A DNA stretch of 64,000 nucleotides from Paramecium tetraurelia (Eukaryota), in contig CT868019.1 of the NCBI GenBank assembly GCA_000165425.1, positions 372,001 to 436,000 on the forward strand, written 5' to 3'. Position numbers and translations under genes: made by a program. Of the stretch, positions 28,839-42,519 are shown in pieces. The notes beneath the pieces are model-generated. The model did no database searches. It worked only from the letters and a program-made list of their open reading frames with translations, and had not been told where the DNA came from. Numbering within the stretch: position 1 is the stretch's first letter; the number at the start of each line of letters is the position of its first letter.

Positions 28839-31767
28839 TCATTAGTTATATTAATAAAGTAATTTATCTAATTTCTGTAAATCCTCATCTTCTTCGATTT
28901 CATTCAAATGCATCAACTTTTGATCCATCCTTTTATGAATCCCTGCTATATCAAACGTTTCAGTATTTGTCCCCTTTTTGATCATTGTCATGTCAGGAAA
29001 TTCGGAGTCCAAAGTAATTCCCTTATAATTCAATTCCGCAGAACCTAATATACCATGAGCTGCACGGCCAAAAGCAGAGGGTGGTCTCTAATTGGTTTAT
29101 GAAGGAGGCCTGTTTGTGATAGATTGTTATAATTGTCTCTAATCAAATCCATTTTTTGTAAATCCCGAGGGAGGACGATTTAAACTTTATTAAGCAGGCT
29201 TATATTTTAATAGATCATCAATTTCTTTTACAAATTCAGAGTCAATAGAAGGAACATTCCAAGAAGGATGCTATCCATTATTACTAGGAGGTCTCTTTTT
29301 GAAATTGTCATTTCTTATTTGATATGTCTCCCCTATCCCCAATTTAAGACTGTCTTCAAAATGAGCATTCAATTCATCTATCTTATCTAACTGAACCTCA
29401 GAAACCTTCTTATTCATAGGTTGCATTTAAGGAACCAAAGAGGCATTGTGATCAATAGGAACCATATTTGAATCTGAAACTAATGATTAAAGTCCGAATT
29501 GTTCTCTAAAGTGCTGTTTTTATTCTTTTGATTCTTCTTTCAAAACAAGAGCTGAACATATATATATACAAATTACGTTTGCTTTCATAAGCAGGTGCAA
29601 ATGGAGGTGCTTTATTTTAATTAAGATTAGGAAAATTAAAGTTTTCATTTAATGCTGGCATTGACAAATCTTTGTATGCTCCAACTTCAGCTTAAGCTAA
29701 AAGATGTGGTGGAAACACTTATTTCTCCCACTTTGGATCATTCTTTACTAATGCAATCATTAAATCATCATGATGTCTCTCTTCTTATAAATACTTATTC
29801 TTCACTTATTCTTTCAAAGAAATTAACTCCTACTCTGCTTTATTTCTACCTTCAATTGCCATCTGAGCTTGATTCATAACTTATTATATCTATTATTGTA
29901 AGTTTTCTTATTGTTACAGCATCTACCTTTTAATATCATCTATTTCTCTATTCTGTTATATTTCTGCTTTATTCATTTGTTGAGGTCCATTTCTATAAAA
30001 ATCAAGGATACTTTAATGCGGACTAACTCCTTCCTTCATTTTTTCATTCATGAGGAACTCCTTTAAATAGTTTTCTGATTTAGGTTGAGAAGGAGGAGGA
30101 TTACGTGAGGGTGGTGGAATATACTATTATTATGGTTCATATGCCTAAAAGTTCTATTGTGGTTAATCTTCCTCTTATTATTGATTTTTTCTATTCTTCC
30201 TCTCCTAGATCCTTTCCAACCTTCTTTTTTCTTTCAAATCAATATTATCCTATTCAAATTCTTAATTAATATTATTAAATAATTTTACTTCCTTATTATT
30301 ATTTCTTCATATCATCTTCTCGCTTCTTTTCCATTTCCTCTTGTTCCTTTTACCTTCGAAATCTCTCTTCCTCTTATTTATCTTCCATCTCCTTCTACAT
30401 CCTTTCTTACTCTTTTTTTCTCTTTTTTTCTTCAATTTACTCTTATAAGACTCTCTGCATTTCTAGTTTCTACAATTCTTTCTTTTTTATATCATCAATA
30501 TTTTAATTTTCCAACATTAATCTATTTCTACCTTATTTTAATTAGGGATCTGCTTAAGGTTCCATCAATATCGGTTATTAATCAAATCCAGATGGTAGAC
30601 CTTATTCTTGATATTAATATTGTTAAGGAGTGGCAATGCTTTGTTAATACGGAATCTATTATATAGGTTATTAGAAATTCTGTTACTGTTGAATATATTA
30701 TTAAGGTTGTTACTATTAATAATTTGGCTATTGATATATTTATTATTAATTATAATTTTGAGGTACTTGATTATTGGCACCTTTTTAATATGGTGCACCA
30801 CTTCCTCCCTTGCCAAAAGGAAATGCATCCCCGGTTTCCATTCTTTATTAAAGATTCTTCTTTCGGTCATTTTTTTCTTGCTCTTTTAATAACATTTACA
30901 TTCTTAAATAATCCCCATATTCTTATTTTTGTTATTTATTCTAATCAATTTATTAAGGCTATTGTTGTTAATATGGAAGATTAGATTATTGATTACCTTA
31001 GGAATAACCTTAATTTATTTCAAATTGTTATGGCTAGTACATTTATTATTAGTATTATTGAGGTTACTATTACACTTAGTATTGTACCATTTATTATTAT
31101 TACTGTTATTAATTGTTTTGATTATTTCCTGACTGAATTCTTCGTCTCTTTTATTCTTCTTTTTCCATCATTTATTATCTTAGAAATTCTCCATATTCTT
31201 GTTTTTACCTGTTTACAGGTTAAGCTGGGAGTGGAGCTGGATTTACAGATTATTACTGATATTAAACTTATTGAATTTATTATTGATTATTATTTGTTCC
31301 ATCTCTTCTTCTCCTTTTCTCAGCTTCTTTTTCTTCCATCTGTTTTTTCAAATATTCTCTATACTCGTCCTACTATTGCTTAATCGGATTTTTCAAAGGA
31401 CTTTATTAAACTGCTGATTGCTATTAAAATTAACTATTTGATCTATTCTCTCTCTATTCCCTGAATTCAGATTGCTGAGGAATTGATCCTTAATACATTC
31501 TGGGTGGATCAGGGTTTCTATTCATTTCAATTGGTACATAAGGTTCCGGAGGGATGTAAGGTTCATATTCCTAAGATTGAGAAGGAAAAGAGATAGGAAC
31601 TTGATCATCGAATCTTGGAGGTGGGAGTTAAAATTAATTTGCATTATTTTCTTGCATTTATCCTTCCATTCCTACATTTATAACTATAATATACTTAATA
31701 ATCTTTCTTCTCTTTGTCTTCTCTTTTCTTCCCAAATTTAATCGCGTTTAGACTTCGCCTCAGTCAT
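28839..31767 (-). CDS. Large Gln/Pro-rich coiled-coil protein (CCDC66/CSPP-like segment)
   Basis: Long frame with short introns; KKKELQKLEMQRVLQEQIEEKKRKK-type charged helix; polyQ tracts coded by TAA. Confidence 0.7.
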
Positions 31768-33953
31768 TTAATTATTTTAAAATTTATAATACAAATATTA
31801 GTGTAACTATAAAATTATAGATTATTATGAAGCATAGAAATGGTTGGCTAAATGCATTTTTCCTTTATAAATATTTTAACTAACAGTCTTATAATTTTAT
31901 AGATATACAAAAATAAGAATTATGTGTTTTTATCATCATGTGTTTTTTATTAAATATAGAGTAATTAATATTAGAAGCCATTTATTATATCTAGTACAAT
32001 TTAATCAATATTAATGTAAGAAGAGCTAAGTTCTTCTTTAAATAATAAAGGATGATTAATAGTTAAATTAAACAATAAAAATACGATATATATTTAGAAT
32101 TAGTATTGGAATTAATCTGGATTTTCGACAACTAATTTTATCTCATTTTTAGAAGTCTCTTAGTATGGACTAAAAAGAGAAGGGAGGTATAAGATTTGAG
32201 GAATTTAACTATAGAATTTCAAAAAACTCTATTAAAATTCAATAATTTATTTACTAATTAGATATACATCAAAATTTTAAACATTTATTATCAGTCATAT
32301 TACAAAGCATTCCCCATATCTACTGAGAATCTGTTAAATTTATACTATAAATTATATGATATTATTTGAGATAATTTATGTAGTTTGGATATTGAGCTAT
32401 TTCATAAGTAAGATTATCAATCAGATAGCCAGGTATTAATTCAAAAACTGAATTGATTAGTTATTTAAAGTCTTAATCTATTAAAAAGCAATAGTATTCC
32501 AAATATTTGATAATTCCTATAACAAAAACAGGCTTGTATTTTAGACAGAAAATTATAGCTGATGTAGCTTCCTCTGTTTATTGAGATCCAATGATTAACA
32601 ATTTTACTACTTCATAATCATTTGAATCCCAAAAACAAAACTCTTAGAGATTAGGTAAATCCTATATCAAATCAAGGAGAAACATTTTCTAAATTGATTC
32701 TAAAGAGAGCATCTTAATTTTATTTAAGCTGATTTAAAAGTTGATGTTTAAATTTTGAATAGCGTTTTGCTTATTCTAAAATAAAATTAACTCATTGTTT
32801 TCTGTTTCAATCATCAATAATACAGTATCAGTGTATGGGAATTGAGTGTAATAAAATAACTTCTTTTGTTTTTGCAGATTAACAACTTAATAGGTACTCA
32901 AGTTTTAGTAAAATATGACTGCAGTTCTTTATTTAAACAATAATAAAATCTCTCTGTTGTAAAGAGTGATGTAATCGATTTGGTTGATAAAGTTATTATT
33001 ATTAAGTGGATACTGAGATTGTTTTAGTTTTTCTACTTTTTGCAAGAGATCATTAATATGATAGATAGATATTAAGAATTAGTCTTCACCTTAGAAAACT
33101 ACATAAAATAGTTCTAAGTATTTATCAACTAAAATTTTTGCTTTGACATTATGTTTTCCTTAAAAAACCAATTTAGGATTCTTCTCTTTATCAAGTGAAA
33201 TGTGATAAATATATTAATACTTTTCTCTTATATGTACAATGATAAAATTATTATGTTTGATCTGCAAAATGATTGGCTCAGTTTAACCTTTAAATGCTTT
33301 AATTTCCTTGAATTATCCATATTTATCATTGAAGCATTTCTATTCCTCAATATTTTTATCATCAGATTAATTGAGAGAAAATCTTAAAAATTGAAATGTC
33401 TCTATTTTAATGCCTTATTCAGTAATGATATATTTTTCCTCCTTCTTAAACCATAATAAATAATCTGATTCAATATTGTTTTATTGCTATAAGGTCATTA
33501 TTTTTTTTAATGTTGTCCCCAATTTTTTAATTCGTGAATAAGATTACATTAAATAATTTATTTTTTTTAAGATAATTTTGTAATAGATGTTATAACATTC
33601 TAATTATAAAATAAATAAGAATAAAAAGGTTTGAATCTAGTCCAAAACAATTAATTTATACATAAATAATGAGATGCATTATTTTTATTATATGGAGAAG
33701 AGAAAGTTCAAAGATAACAAATAGTTGATAACCATTCTATAATCTTCAAATCATCCTAATAAAATGCTATTTTATATAAAAGTTTGAGAAAATATATAAT
33801 TATAATAAAAGTCTTATAAAATGCATACTAATTATTTGCAAAATTAAAGAGCAATCGATATTTGGATATATGATTAATTCAAAAGATAGGATTGCTTAAA
33901 TAATTTATCAAAATAGCATTTTTTAATATTAATATAATCTAATAAAAATAAAT

Positions 33954-35196
33954 ATGGGCAAGGATAAGAAGAAGGAGAAAAAGAAGGATAAAAAGAAGGA
34001 TAAGAGTCATAGAAAGGACAAAAGAAGAAAACACTCATCTAGTTCATCTTATTCTGATTCCTCATCTAGTTCGGAGAGAGAGAAGAATTGGGGGGGGCGG
34101 GGGAGATAATCTCGTTCAAGTTCATTAGAGAGGGAGAAGGAGAAAGAGAAATGAGTCACATAGCCTTAGGGGTAGATCAATGATAATGAGGGTGAGGATG
34201 TTACTGATATTGAGGCTTTAGTTCAGGGATTTGTGATTGAGTAGTAGGAGGATAATGTTGCGTAGAATTGTGTTGTGATTGAGGGTGTTCGAGCGCGGTG
34301 GGTTTTTGTTTAGGCGGGGTTTGTGCTTTCAGAGGCTGAGTTGGCTGGGGGGTGAGTTGAGGGTGCTGTTCCTGCTCCGTTTTTGTTGGTAGAAGGTTAT
34401 GTTGGGTGGGGCATTGAGCTGTTTAANNNNNNNNNNNNNNNNNNNNNNNNNNNNNNNNNNNNNNNNNNNNNNNNNNNNNNNNNNNNNNNNNNNNNNNNNN
34501 NNNNNNNNNNNNNNNNNNNNNNNNNNNNNNNNNNNNNNNNNNNNNNNNNNNNNNNNNNNNNNNNNNNNNNNNNNNNTCCTCATCTATTTTTGAAAGAAAG
34601 AAGAAATAAAAAAAACAAAAAAGATAATCTCGTTCAAGATCATTAAAGAAGGAGAAGGAGAAAGAGAAATAAGTCACATAGCCTTAAAAATAGATCAATG
34701 ATAATAAGAATTAGAATAATACTGATAATTAGACTATAGTTCAGGAAATTGTGAATAAATAGTAGGTGGATAATGTTGCGTAGAATTGTGTTGTAAATAA
34801 GGGTGATCAAGAAAAATAAATTATAGATTAGAAGGAAATTGAAAATTCAGAGGCTGAAATAAATAAAGAATAAGTTAAAAGTAATGATCAAAATCAGAAT
34901 ATAATGGTAGAAGAATAAAATAAAATAGGCAATTAGGATGTTTAACCTGAAGAAGAGGGAGATGATGAAGAAGATTATGAGGAGAAAATGAAAAAGGTAA
35001 ATTAAGAATTATTGAAAAAATTTGGGTTTACAAGTTTCGGATCATCGAAAGGAAAGGATCACACAGTAAATTCAAATAATTATTTAAGGCAAGTGCAGTG
35101 GAGGGTGTGTTTAAGGCAGCAAATCAGAAGCGAAAATACAGACAATATATGCATAGAAGAGGAGGATTTAATAGGCTTTTGGATAAAATGGATTGA
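33954..35196 (+). CDS. SNRNP27: U4/U6.U5 tri-snRNP 27 kDa protein-like (model interrupted by the assembly gap and duplicate)
   Basis: K/S-rich N-terminus; C-terminal FGFTSFGSSKGKDH..KRKYRQYMHRRGGFNRLLD. Confidence 0.85.
34059..34426 (+). repeat. Degraded G-rich direct copy of about 34577-34945
   Basis: Colinear anchors (tcctcatcta, gataatctcgttcaag, gtcacatagcctta, gataatgttgcgtagaattgtgttgt) with many A positions replaced, mostly by G. Confidence 0.9.
34427..34576. other. Assembly gap (150 N)
   Basis: Run of n. Confidence 1.
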
Positions 35197-35280
35197 TGTT
35201 AAGATTGTTAAAAATAGTAAACAAAAATGCTATAATTATATTTAATAAATTTTGATTTGATAAATTAAATTAAGTATTCT

Positions 35281-36808
35281 ATGGCCAAAGCAGCAACAGA
35301 ATATTCAGATTATGATATCTCTGACGATTCTCTGGTATTTAAAATTTCTTACTAAAGTTGAAGGGTAGAATTAATAGAAGTAAGATTGATAAGCCTCTGA
35401 TATGCTTTTGTGTATTAAACTTTTTCCTTAATGCTGCTGTCTCAGTGATAGCACCATTCTACCCTCCTTTAGCTAAGGAAAAAGCACATGTCTCGGTATC
35501 TACAATTGGATATATATTTGGGTTGAATCCAATAGGAGCATTTTTTTTTTCTTTGGTTATGGGTAAGAAAATGTCTCATTGGGGAAGAAGAAGATGTATG
35601 CTACTAGGCTTAGTAATAAATTGATGAAAAATAGGTTATTCAATCAGCAGTGGTGGTTGCATTTGGCTTGTTAGATTTCATGACATTTAACAAAGAGCTG
35701 TTCGTCACTGTCTCTTGTGTAACTAGATTTTTACAAGGAGCAAGTCGAGCAGCTTATAGTAGTATATCATTTGCTTACATCCCAATATTATGGCCAGATT
35801 CTATTTAAAAAAAGATATCTATTTTGGAGACCTTAACAGGGTATATTATATGGAATAACCAAAAGTTTAGGCTTGATGAGTGGTCCTTTTATTGGAGCAG
35901 CCTTGGATGCATTATTTGGATATTAGATGATATTTTATGTATTGGGAGGCATATTTTTCGTGGCTTTAATACCAACAGCTATATTCTTACCTGAGGATGA
36001 TCATTCAATAAATAAGAAACCATAGCTAAATTCGAAAAGAGTAATTAGAAATCGATAAATATGGAGTTTGGGTTTATTATTGACAATGATGTCAGCAGGT
36101 ACTACATTCATAAATCCTATCTTTTCAATTCATATGAAATGTTATAATATGGAAGAGGATGTGGCTAGTTTGTTATTAGGATGGCTGACCATCTCATATA
36201 TCATATGTATTAACATAGTTCCAAAATTATTACAATGCATAGACAAAAAAGTAGTATTAACCTTTGGGTTATTTTGCTCTTGCATAGGTGATTTGATTAT
36301 TGCCCCCTTAGGGATCTTCCCTAATAAATGGTTTATGACTATGATAGGACTACCACTTATTGGTGTTGCGAATGCTTTTTGCGTATTGCCAGCCATTCCT
36401 CAATTTATAGATTATCTAAATCAACTTTTCAACAGCGATCCTTCATTGAGATTACCAATTTCTGATTTGTCCAGCGGCTTATTTATTTCCTTTTACTCTC
36501 TCGGAACATTTGTAGGACCTGTTATAGGAGGAATCGTATATGATGCATTTTTAGTGAATTAATCAAATGAAGCCCAATTGGATAGTTTCTAAAAATCCTC
36601 ATATACAATGGCAGGTCTATAAGCAATTGTGTCAATTCTATTTATATTTGGAGGAGATGTTTATGCTTAAAAATACAAAAGAATAAGACAAGGTGAAAAT
36701 ATGGGGATATCACTTGAAGAGGAAGATGAATATGAAGGATCAAACAAGATTGGAGTTCAAATGTTTAGTTCTACTTAGCCAAATGTCTCTCATGATGAAT
36801 CTAGTTGA
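35281..36808 (+). CDS. MFS transporter, SLC18B1-like
   Basis: SVIAPFYPPLAKEK, TRFLQGA, GLMSGPFIG, SLGTFVGPVIGG; about 12 hydrophobic segments. Confidence 0.88.
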
Positions 36809-36862
36809 TGGAGTTTATAAGTTGATAACAAATTAATATTATTCAATATTTTAGATATGCAA

Positions 36863-37309
36863 TCATTCATACATTTTATCAGTTTTATTTTCAGGTTTGT
36901 AGTTCTTGCTTTTTTCATAGAGTTTTCTCATTTTCTCCATTTAATCTTAAGACAATCCAGAATCATTGTAATTTGTATTTTCCATTATAATTTTACCATA
37001 ATTATTCCAAAAATATTCACTATTTTAATAATCTCCGTAGATGATGCCTCCACTGAATCCAAAAATCAAAGACAACTCCTTAGCGAAGAATCTGCTCTTA
37101 GTTTGCAATACAGGGGTCATCAATAAAATGCCAACGATGGCAATAGGAAATGTTCTAAGTGCAAAGAATCTATAATTATAAAAATTAATTCCATTCAATA
37201 AATCTTGTCTTTCTTCTCCTTAGAGTACTTACCAAGCTTCATCTGAAGCCTTTTCTCTGAGTTAAATCCTTTTTTGTAATTTTTAAAACTGCATAAAGTA
37301 TTCACTCAT
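36863..37309 (-). CDS. Small hypothetical membrane protein
   Basis: Intronless ORF MSEYFMQF..DKMYE with two hydrophobic segments. Confidence 0.7.
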
Positions 37310-37369
37310 AAGAATTTTTTAATTTAATTTTATATGTTAAATATTTATTAAATTGTAGAAATAATAAGT

Positions 37370-38558
37370 TCACATTTTAGATCCTAATTTATGTTTCCAT
37401 AATTTCATGAGATTACCTTCCAATATTTAATTGATCTTGGTTAATAAGTAAATGTTCTCTCCTTCCAAATCATCTCTCTTGTCTAACACTTCCTTATTTA
37501 ATTACTATTGCATCATCTACTATCGAAATTGCATATTAGGTTGAAGTAATGAGAATTCTCTGCTGTCTTCTGATATAAATTTCGTAGGTTTCAGGATTGT
37601 TGGCTTGTTCTTATATTCATCTATCTATTTCTTCCTATGCAAAATGATGAATTATATGATGGTGTTTTTGACATCAATGTCATCTTAGCACCTCCTTACT
37701 TTCTTGTATAATTCCTCAGCAGCCAAACTTTTCACTTCACCCTCCTCATCATAATTTCTATTCAAAAACAATTGATCAAATATTTAAAGGGATCTATGCA
37801 TGTCAGTTTCTTTTTTCTCTTTCTGCTTTAACACTTTCTCCTAAGCCAACTCCTCAGCCTTTCTTATACGAAATTGAAACTAGATCTTCTTTCTAAATGA
37901 AACATATCCCACGTCTCCAGTTTCCTTTCTAACCTTAGCCTCAATGGATTCATGAACAGCATTTTCAATAGCCTTGTTCTTTTTTTCTTGTTGTTGAATG
38001 TCTTTCAACAATTTATCCTACTCTTCTATTATTAAATCTACGATGTCACTCTTTGTATTATTTATCCGAAACAGATTCAACCTCTATTGGAATTCTTCCA
38101 AAGTCGGTTGAGATGCTACTTTTTTGGAACTGTTCAAAATGTTCTTCGAGACCTAATACCATTAAGAGTTGTTCTTATTTTCACTCTAACTCTTTTGTCT
38201 TGGGGACATACTAGCTCTTTAATCGATTCTTACATTTATATGTTGGATATAGATTTGCGAGATATCAAATTTTCTTATTACTTAGGTGGGAATAACTTCT
38301 TTAACTCTTCCTCGTCCTCGAAATTTGCTTTTTCCAATTTGATTGTTCCTATTTCTTGATTCAATTGCATCATTCTTTCCATTTAATCCTTGAATTAAAC
38401 TATTCCCTTCTATTGCAAAGCTTTTAAATAGTAATGTCTAATATACTCTATTCAAACTCCTATTCTAACTACTCATCAAAAGAACTTTCGAAAGAGATGT
38501 CAGATCCTTCAGTGTCTTCTGAATCGAAATCCAATTGAATTTATGATTTCTAATTCAT
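37370..38558 (-). CDS. Hypothetical protein
   Basis: Table-6 ORF MNQKSQIQLDFDSED..KHKLGSKM-stop. Confidence 0.7.
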
Positions 38559-38678
38559 TTTTCGGTAATATAAATATTAATAATTAAAATTTTGCTTTTT
38601 GCATATATCAAAAACCTTATTATTATTCTTTTAGAGTTGCTTTCTTGACTTAATATTCACATTAATTAAATTAAATTT

Positions 38679-39798
38679 ATGCATTATTAATAATTGTAAT
38701 AAAATTCCCCAAATATTAAATGTCAATATGCTTAGCATGAAGAAATGCCATGTATATATATTTGCATTGATAGTAACTGCAAAAAAAAAAAAATCGCTTG
38801 TTTTCGTTGTTTTTAAGAAGAAGAATATCATTAAAATCATCAAGGAATAACAATTGAAGAGTTTAACTAAAAAGTTCATTATAGATTAGAGAACATTAAC
38901 AAATTGTTAAGCACTCTAAAAACTTTTTAAGAGAAAAATGCAGAATTCAATAAATTGATAGCAGGTTAGGTAGACTATGCTAAAAAACTTATTATGGAGG
39001 GTGAAAAGTATTAATAAATAAGAGAACTATAAAAAGAAGAAAAAATTCACTTTTATTTCAGGCTAGATTAAGATCATTATGCTCCATATTTGCAATAACA
39101 AATAGACAAAATTATACAAATAATCCAGAAAATTTCTAAATTATCTAAAATAAATTTTTAATTTGAATATAATGAAGAGGATATTAATAAGATTAAGAAT
39201 AATGTTATTAACAAATTTAGAGAGAAAAAAGAAAAAGAATATTTAATAGAAGAATTAAAGAAAAAATCTATAATTGATTATTAACAAATGTTAAATGTAA
39301 AAGTGAGCCCTGAAGCTTATTATTACGATGCCATTATAGAATTAAATAAAGGATTAAAACAATGTCCAACTAATTGCAATTTAATTTCTCTCAAAGTATG
39401 AACTTTCATTATTTTAGTGTACATGTCTAACAAATTTAAAATAGGTTGAGAAGGCCATTTAATTTAATGAATATGCTTTTTAAATTAATTAGAATGATGA
39501 AACGGTTCTACTGTTTAGAGCTAAATTGAAGATGGAAGCAGAGGAATATGATGAATGCATAAAATTATATGATCTGGCAACTGAACCTAATAAGTATTTA
39601 GCATATTATAAATGTATTTCCTTGTTATTTATTTTAGTGGATTCATTAAAAAAATAGCAAAGGGTAGTAGAGTTCGAAAAATTTTAAAATGAATGCCTAA
39701 AATTATTCGGAAATGAGTTTATGAAAAATTATAAGACTCATGAAGTAGGGTCAGGTCAAATCAAGAGTTAGCAATTACCTTCATAACTATAATGGTGA
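38679..39798 (+). CDS. Protein with a B-box-like Cys/His module, coiled coil and TPR-like repeats
   Basis: CQYAQH..CIYICIDSNC..CFRC..HQNH; YYYDAIIELNKGLKQCP and EYDECIKLYD TPR-like helices; two introns. Confidence 0.7.
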
Positions 39799-39883
39799 AA
39801 TTTGCTGTGTTTTGTGATCTTCCGATCAAGTTTAATTTAATATTTTATCTACATTTCAATATTTATTTAATTAATTAATTAAA

Positions 39884-40167
39884 ATGTCACTAAATTAATA
39901 GCGATAATAGCAATAGTAATAAAAACTAGAAATTCAAAGGCGCTTGGATTAGTATGTTAATGCTGTTAAAGTAAAATTAGATAGTAAAAATATTAGGATC
40001 TGCAAAATGAATTTAAAGTATATTACGGAATGTTGGAAAGAAATGATGAACCAAATTAGGAAAGATTTAAATAAACAGCCTTCAAATTTTTAAAATTCGA
40101 AAAGGAAATGAATAATTAAATAGAAGAAATTGTTTAGAAAATAATTTACTAAAAAGCAAGAAAATGA
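39884..40167 (+). CDS. Small hypothetical helical protein
   Basis: ORF restored by the 26-nt intron gtaaaattagatagtaaaaatattag. Confidence 0.55.
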
Positions 40168-40472
40168 ATTTTTGAGTTTATTTATAATGATAAGAATCAG
40201 AACTTTATTTTTACAATCTTTAAGCAATATAAATTATTAAATCTTGTTAAGTTATTATGATGAGACAGCAAGATATGTTGATAATTTAAGAAAGGTTATC
40301 AAAATAGATTAAGACATAATGATATATCGATTAGTGTAATTCTTATAGTTAACTCTTTACTCTTTAATAAGTATATACTATTTACGAGTTAATAAAAGGT
40401 TTTAAATTTGACTACAGATCAATACATACTAAGCAGAGTTTGGAAAATTTGGGTCCATTTATTTGAAGTATT

Positions 40473-42019
40473 TCATTAATTTTAAGTAATTTATTTCATG
40501 TTCAAAATGCTTTACTCAACTAATTTCACCATTTCAATAATATCATCCAACAATTCGTTTCTATACATTGCTTCAATTTTCAATTTTGGTCCGCATTTGG
40601 AACATTCCTTTTAATATCCTTTTTTGCATTCAAAACAGTAGGAATGACCACAAGGTATAATAGTAACTGGTTATTTTATGAATTTATTGCAAAACGTACA
40701 AGCAAGGCCTTTTTAAATTTCTTTCTAAAAGTTTAATGAATATGAATACATGAGTTTTTTCCAAAATTGTAATAGTCTCAATGACTTGCGACATGTTTTT
40801 GGGTTTTGAATCACCTAATTTCTTATTGCATTCATCTATTTTTTAATTTAACAATTTGATTTCAGCTTATTGATTTTTAAGTGTTTTTTCTTGTTCTGCT
40901 ATGGATTTATTCATTTAATCTACAGAATTTGTTTTTTCATTTAAATTCTTAGAGGATGATTCAATTTTTAATTTATAATCTTCGATTTATTGAGTCAATT
41001 GATCAATATTTTTGATGGAGATATCATGATTTGCTTTCCATTGATTTATCTCTTTCTAAGGTATAAGGAATAATAAATACATCTTTTAATTTGTTTTGTT
41101 CAGTCAATTGTTATTTAAATTAATTGATAGCCTCCTGTAATTTATTATTCTAATCCTAAGAATTTACAGGCTACTTCTTAACTTATTCTTGTAATTGATT
41201 TTTCTCCTTTTACAATTCCTTAATTTTATTCTAAATATTATGGAATTCAGATGACAAACATTCCTCTTTAGCAAGGTATTCTTTTTTGTATTGATCCATT
41301 TGACTTTTGATTAATAACTTCTCAGCTTAAATGGATTCTAAATTCTTTTTTAGTTCATCCATTATAGCTTATGATTTGTACTTTTTCTCCTTGGAAATAT
41401 AAGAATTATAATACTTCGATCTTCCTAATTGAGTCTTTCAATTTTTTAGAATCATCTGGCATTTCTTCTTTGGTTTTAATTTTGTGAGTAATATCATTCA
41501 ATTAGGTATTGAGCGAATCTATCGTTTAATTCAGTTGATGTTCTTTTGTTAGAATAACTTTTTAAACGGTTTCCAATTAGTGGATTTTGTCTCTATCTTT
41601 ATCAGTTCCTTATTGTCCTGTATTTTTATTGAATTCATGGATTGACTTGAGTTTGGATTGAGCTGCCTGATATTGTGATCCCAGGTCTTATAATTGTTTA
41701 GTTTTTTCTTCATTTAATAATTTCTCTTTAATCAATTCTTGCCTGACAGATTCGAACCCTTTTTCTATGGTAAAAATCATGTCATTGCGTTGTTCGATGT
41801 CCTTATTGTATAGCTCTAATTTGGTGTCAATTTATTTAATGAATTAAGACTCAGCCATTGGACTCTGTCCCTTGGACCTCTTATTGAAGTTATCAGTAGC
41901 TATTTTCATATTTAATAGAGCAATGTACTTCCAAACTTCAATTTTCGAGATTAGGTATGCAAACGACCTGGAAATTACTCATCTTCTGACAACCTAGGTA
42001 GTTGTTGTTGTTAGCGCAT
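40473..42019 (-). CDS. Coiled-coil protein with a C-terminal RING finger
   Basis: CTFCNKFIKQPVTIIPCGHSYCFECKKGYQKECSKC (C3HC4 RING); several introns. Confidence 0.85.
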
Positions 42020-42519
42020 TAAATATTAATCATAAATCAATGAGGCAATAGGATCAAACTTAAAATCAGATGACCAAGATATTTTGCATAAATCAAGACA
42101 GAACTCACTAAATAAACACTAGAATAATGAATCTAAGTAGATGCGTAATATATACTAAGTATGCTATAAAAAGAGTAAGATAAGAAATTTATTAAAATAA
42201 CATTAAAAAAAGATAAAGATTTATAAGGTTTAGTAGAGGTATACCAAATTAAATTCATAGTAATTTGAAATATATAGATGAGAATAATATATTGATACAC
42301 AAAGATATAAATATTATTAGCAGATGTGCATTAAAATCACTAATAAGCCATTCTTAACTTAGTTTAGATTACTTACTATCTTAGATTAATTTATACAAAT
42401 AATATTGAATTACTTTCATATACTATGGTATCAACAAGCTGTTTTACAATAGAAATCATAATATACTGAATAATTTACTAATTCAAAAAATAGAATTATT
42501 GATTCTTAATATAATTAAA

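Noticed and set aside
30565..31417. Cluster of overlapping Leu/Ile-rich ORFs in the ORF track
   Set aside because: These are antisense or off-frame shadows of the TAA-coded polyQ region of the - strand gene at 28839-31767
34081..34426. GC-rich island suggesting foreign DNA or telomeric repeats
   Set aside because: It is a degraded copy of the adjacent sequence at a contig end and contains no regular telomeric repeat array
41924..42409. Plus-strand TGA-free ORF of about 160 codons
   Set aside because: It overlaps the first exon of the RING gene in antisense and has no recognisable motif; with only one stop codon such frames arise easily by chance
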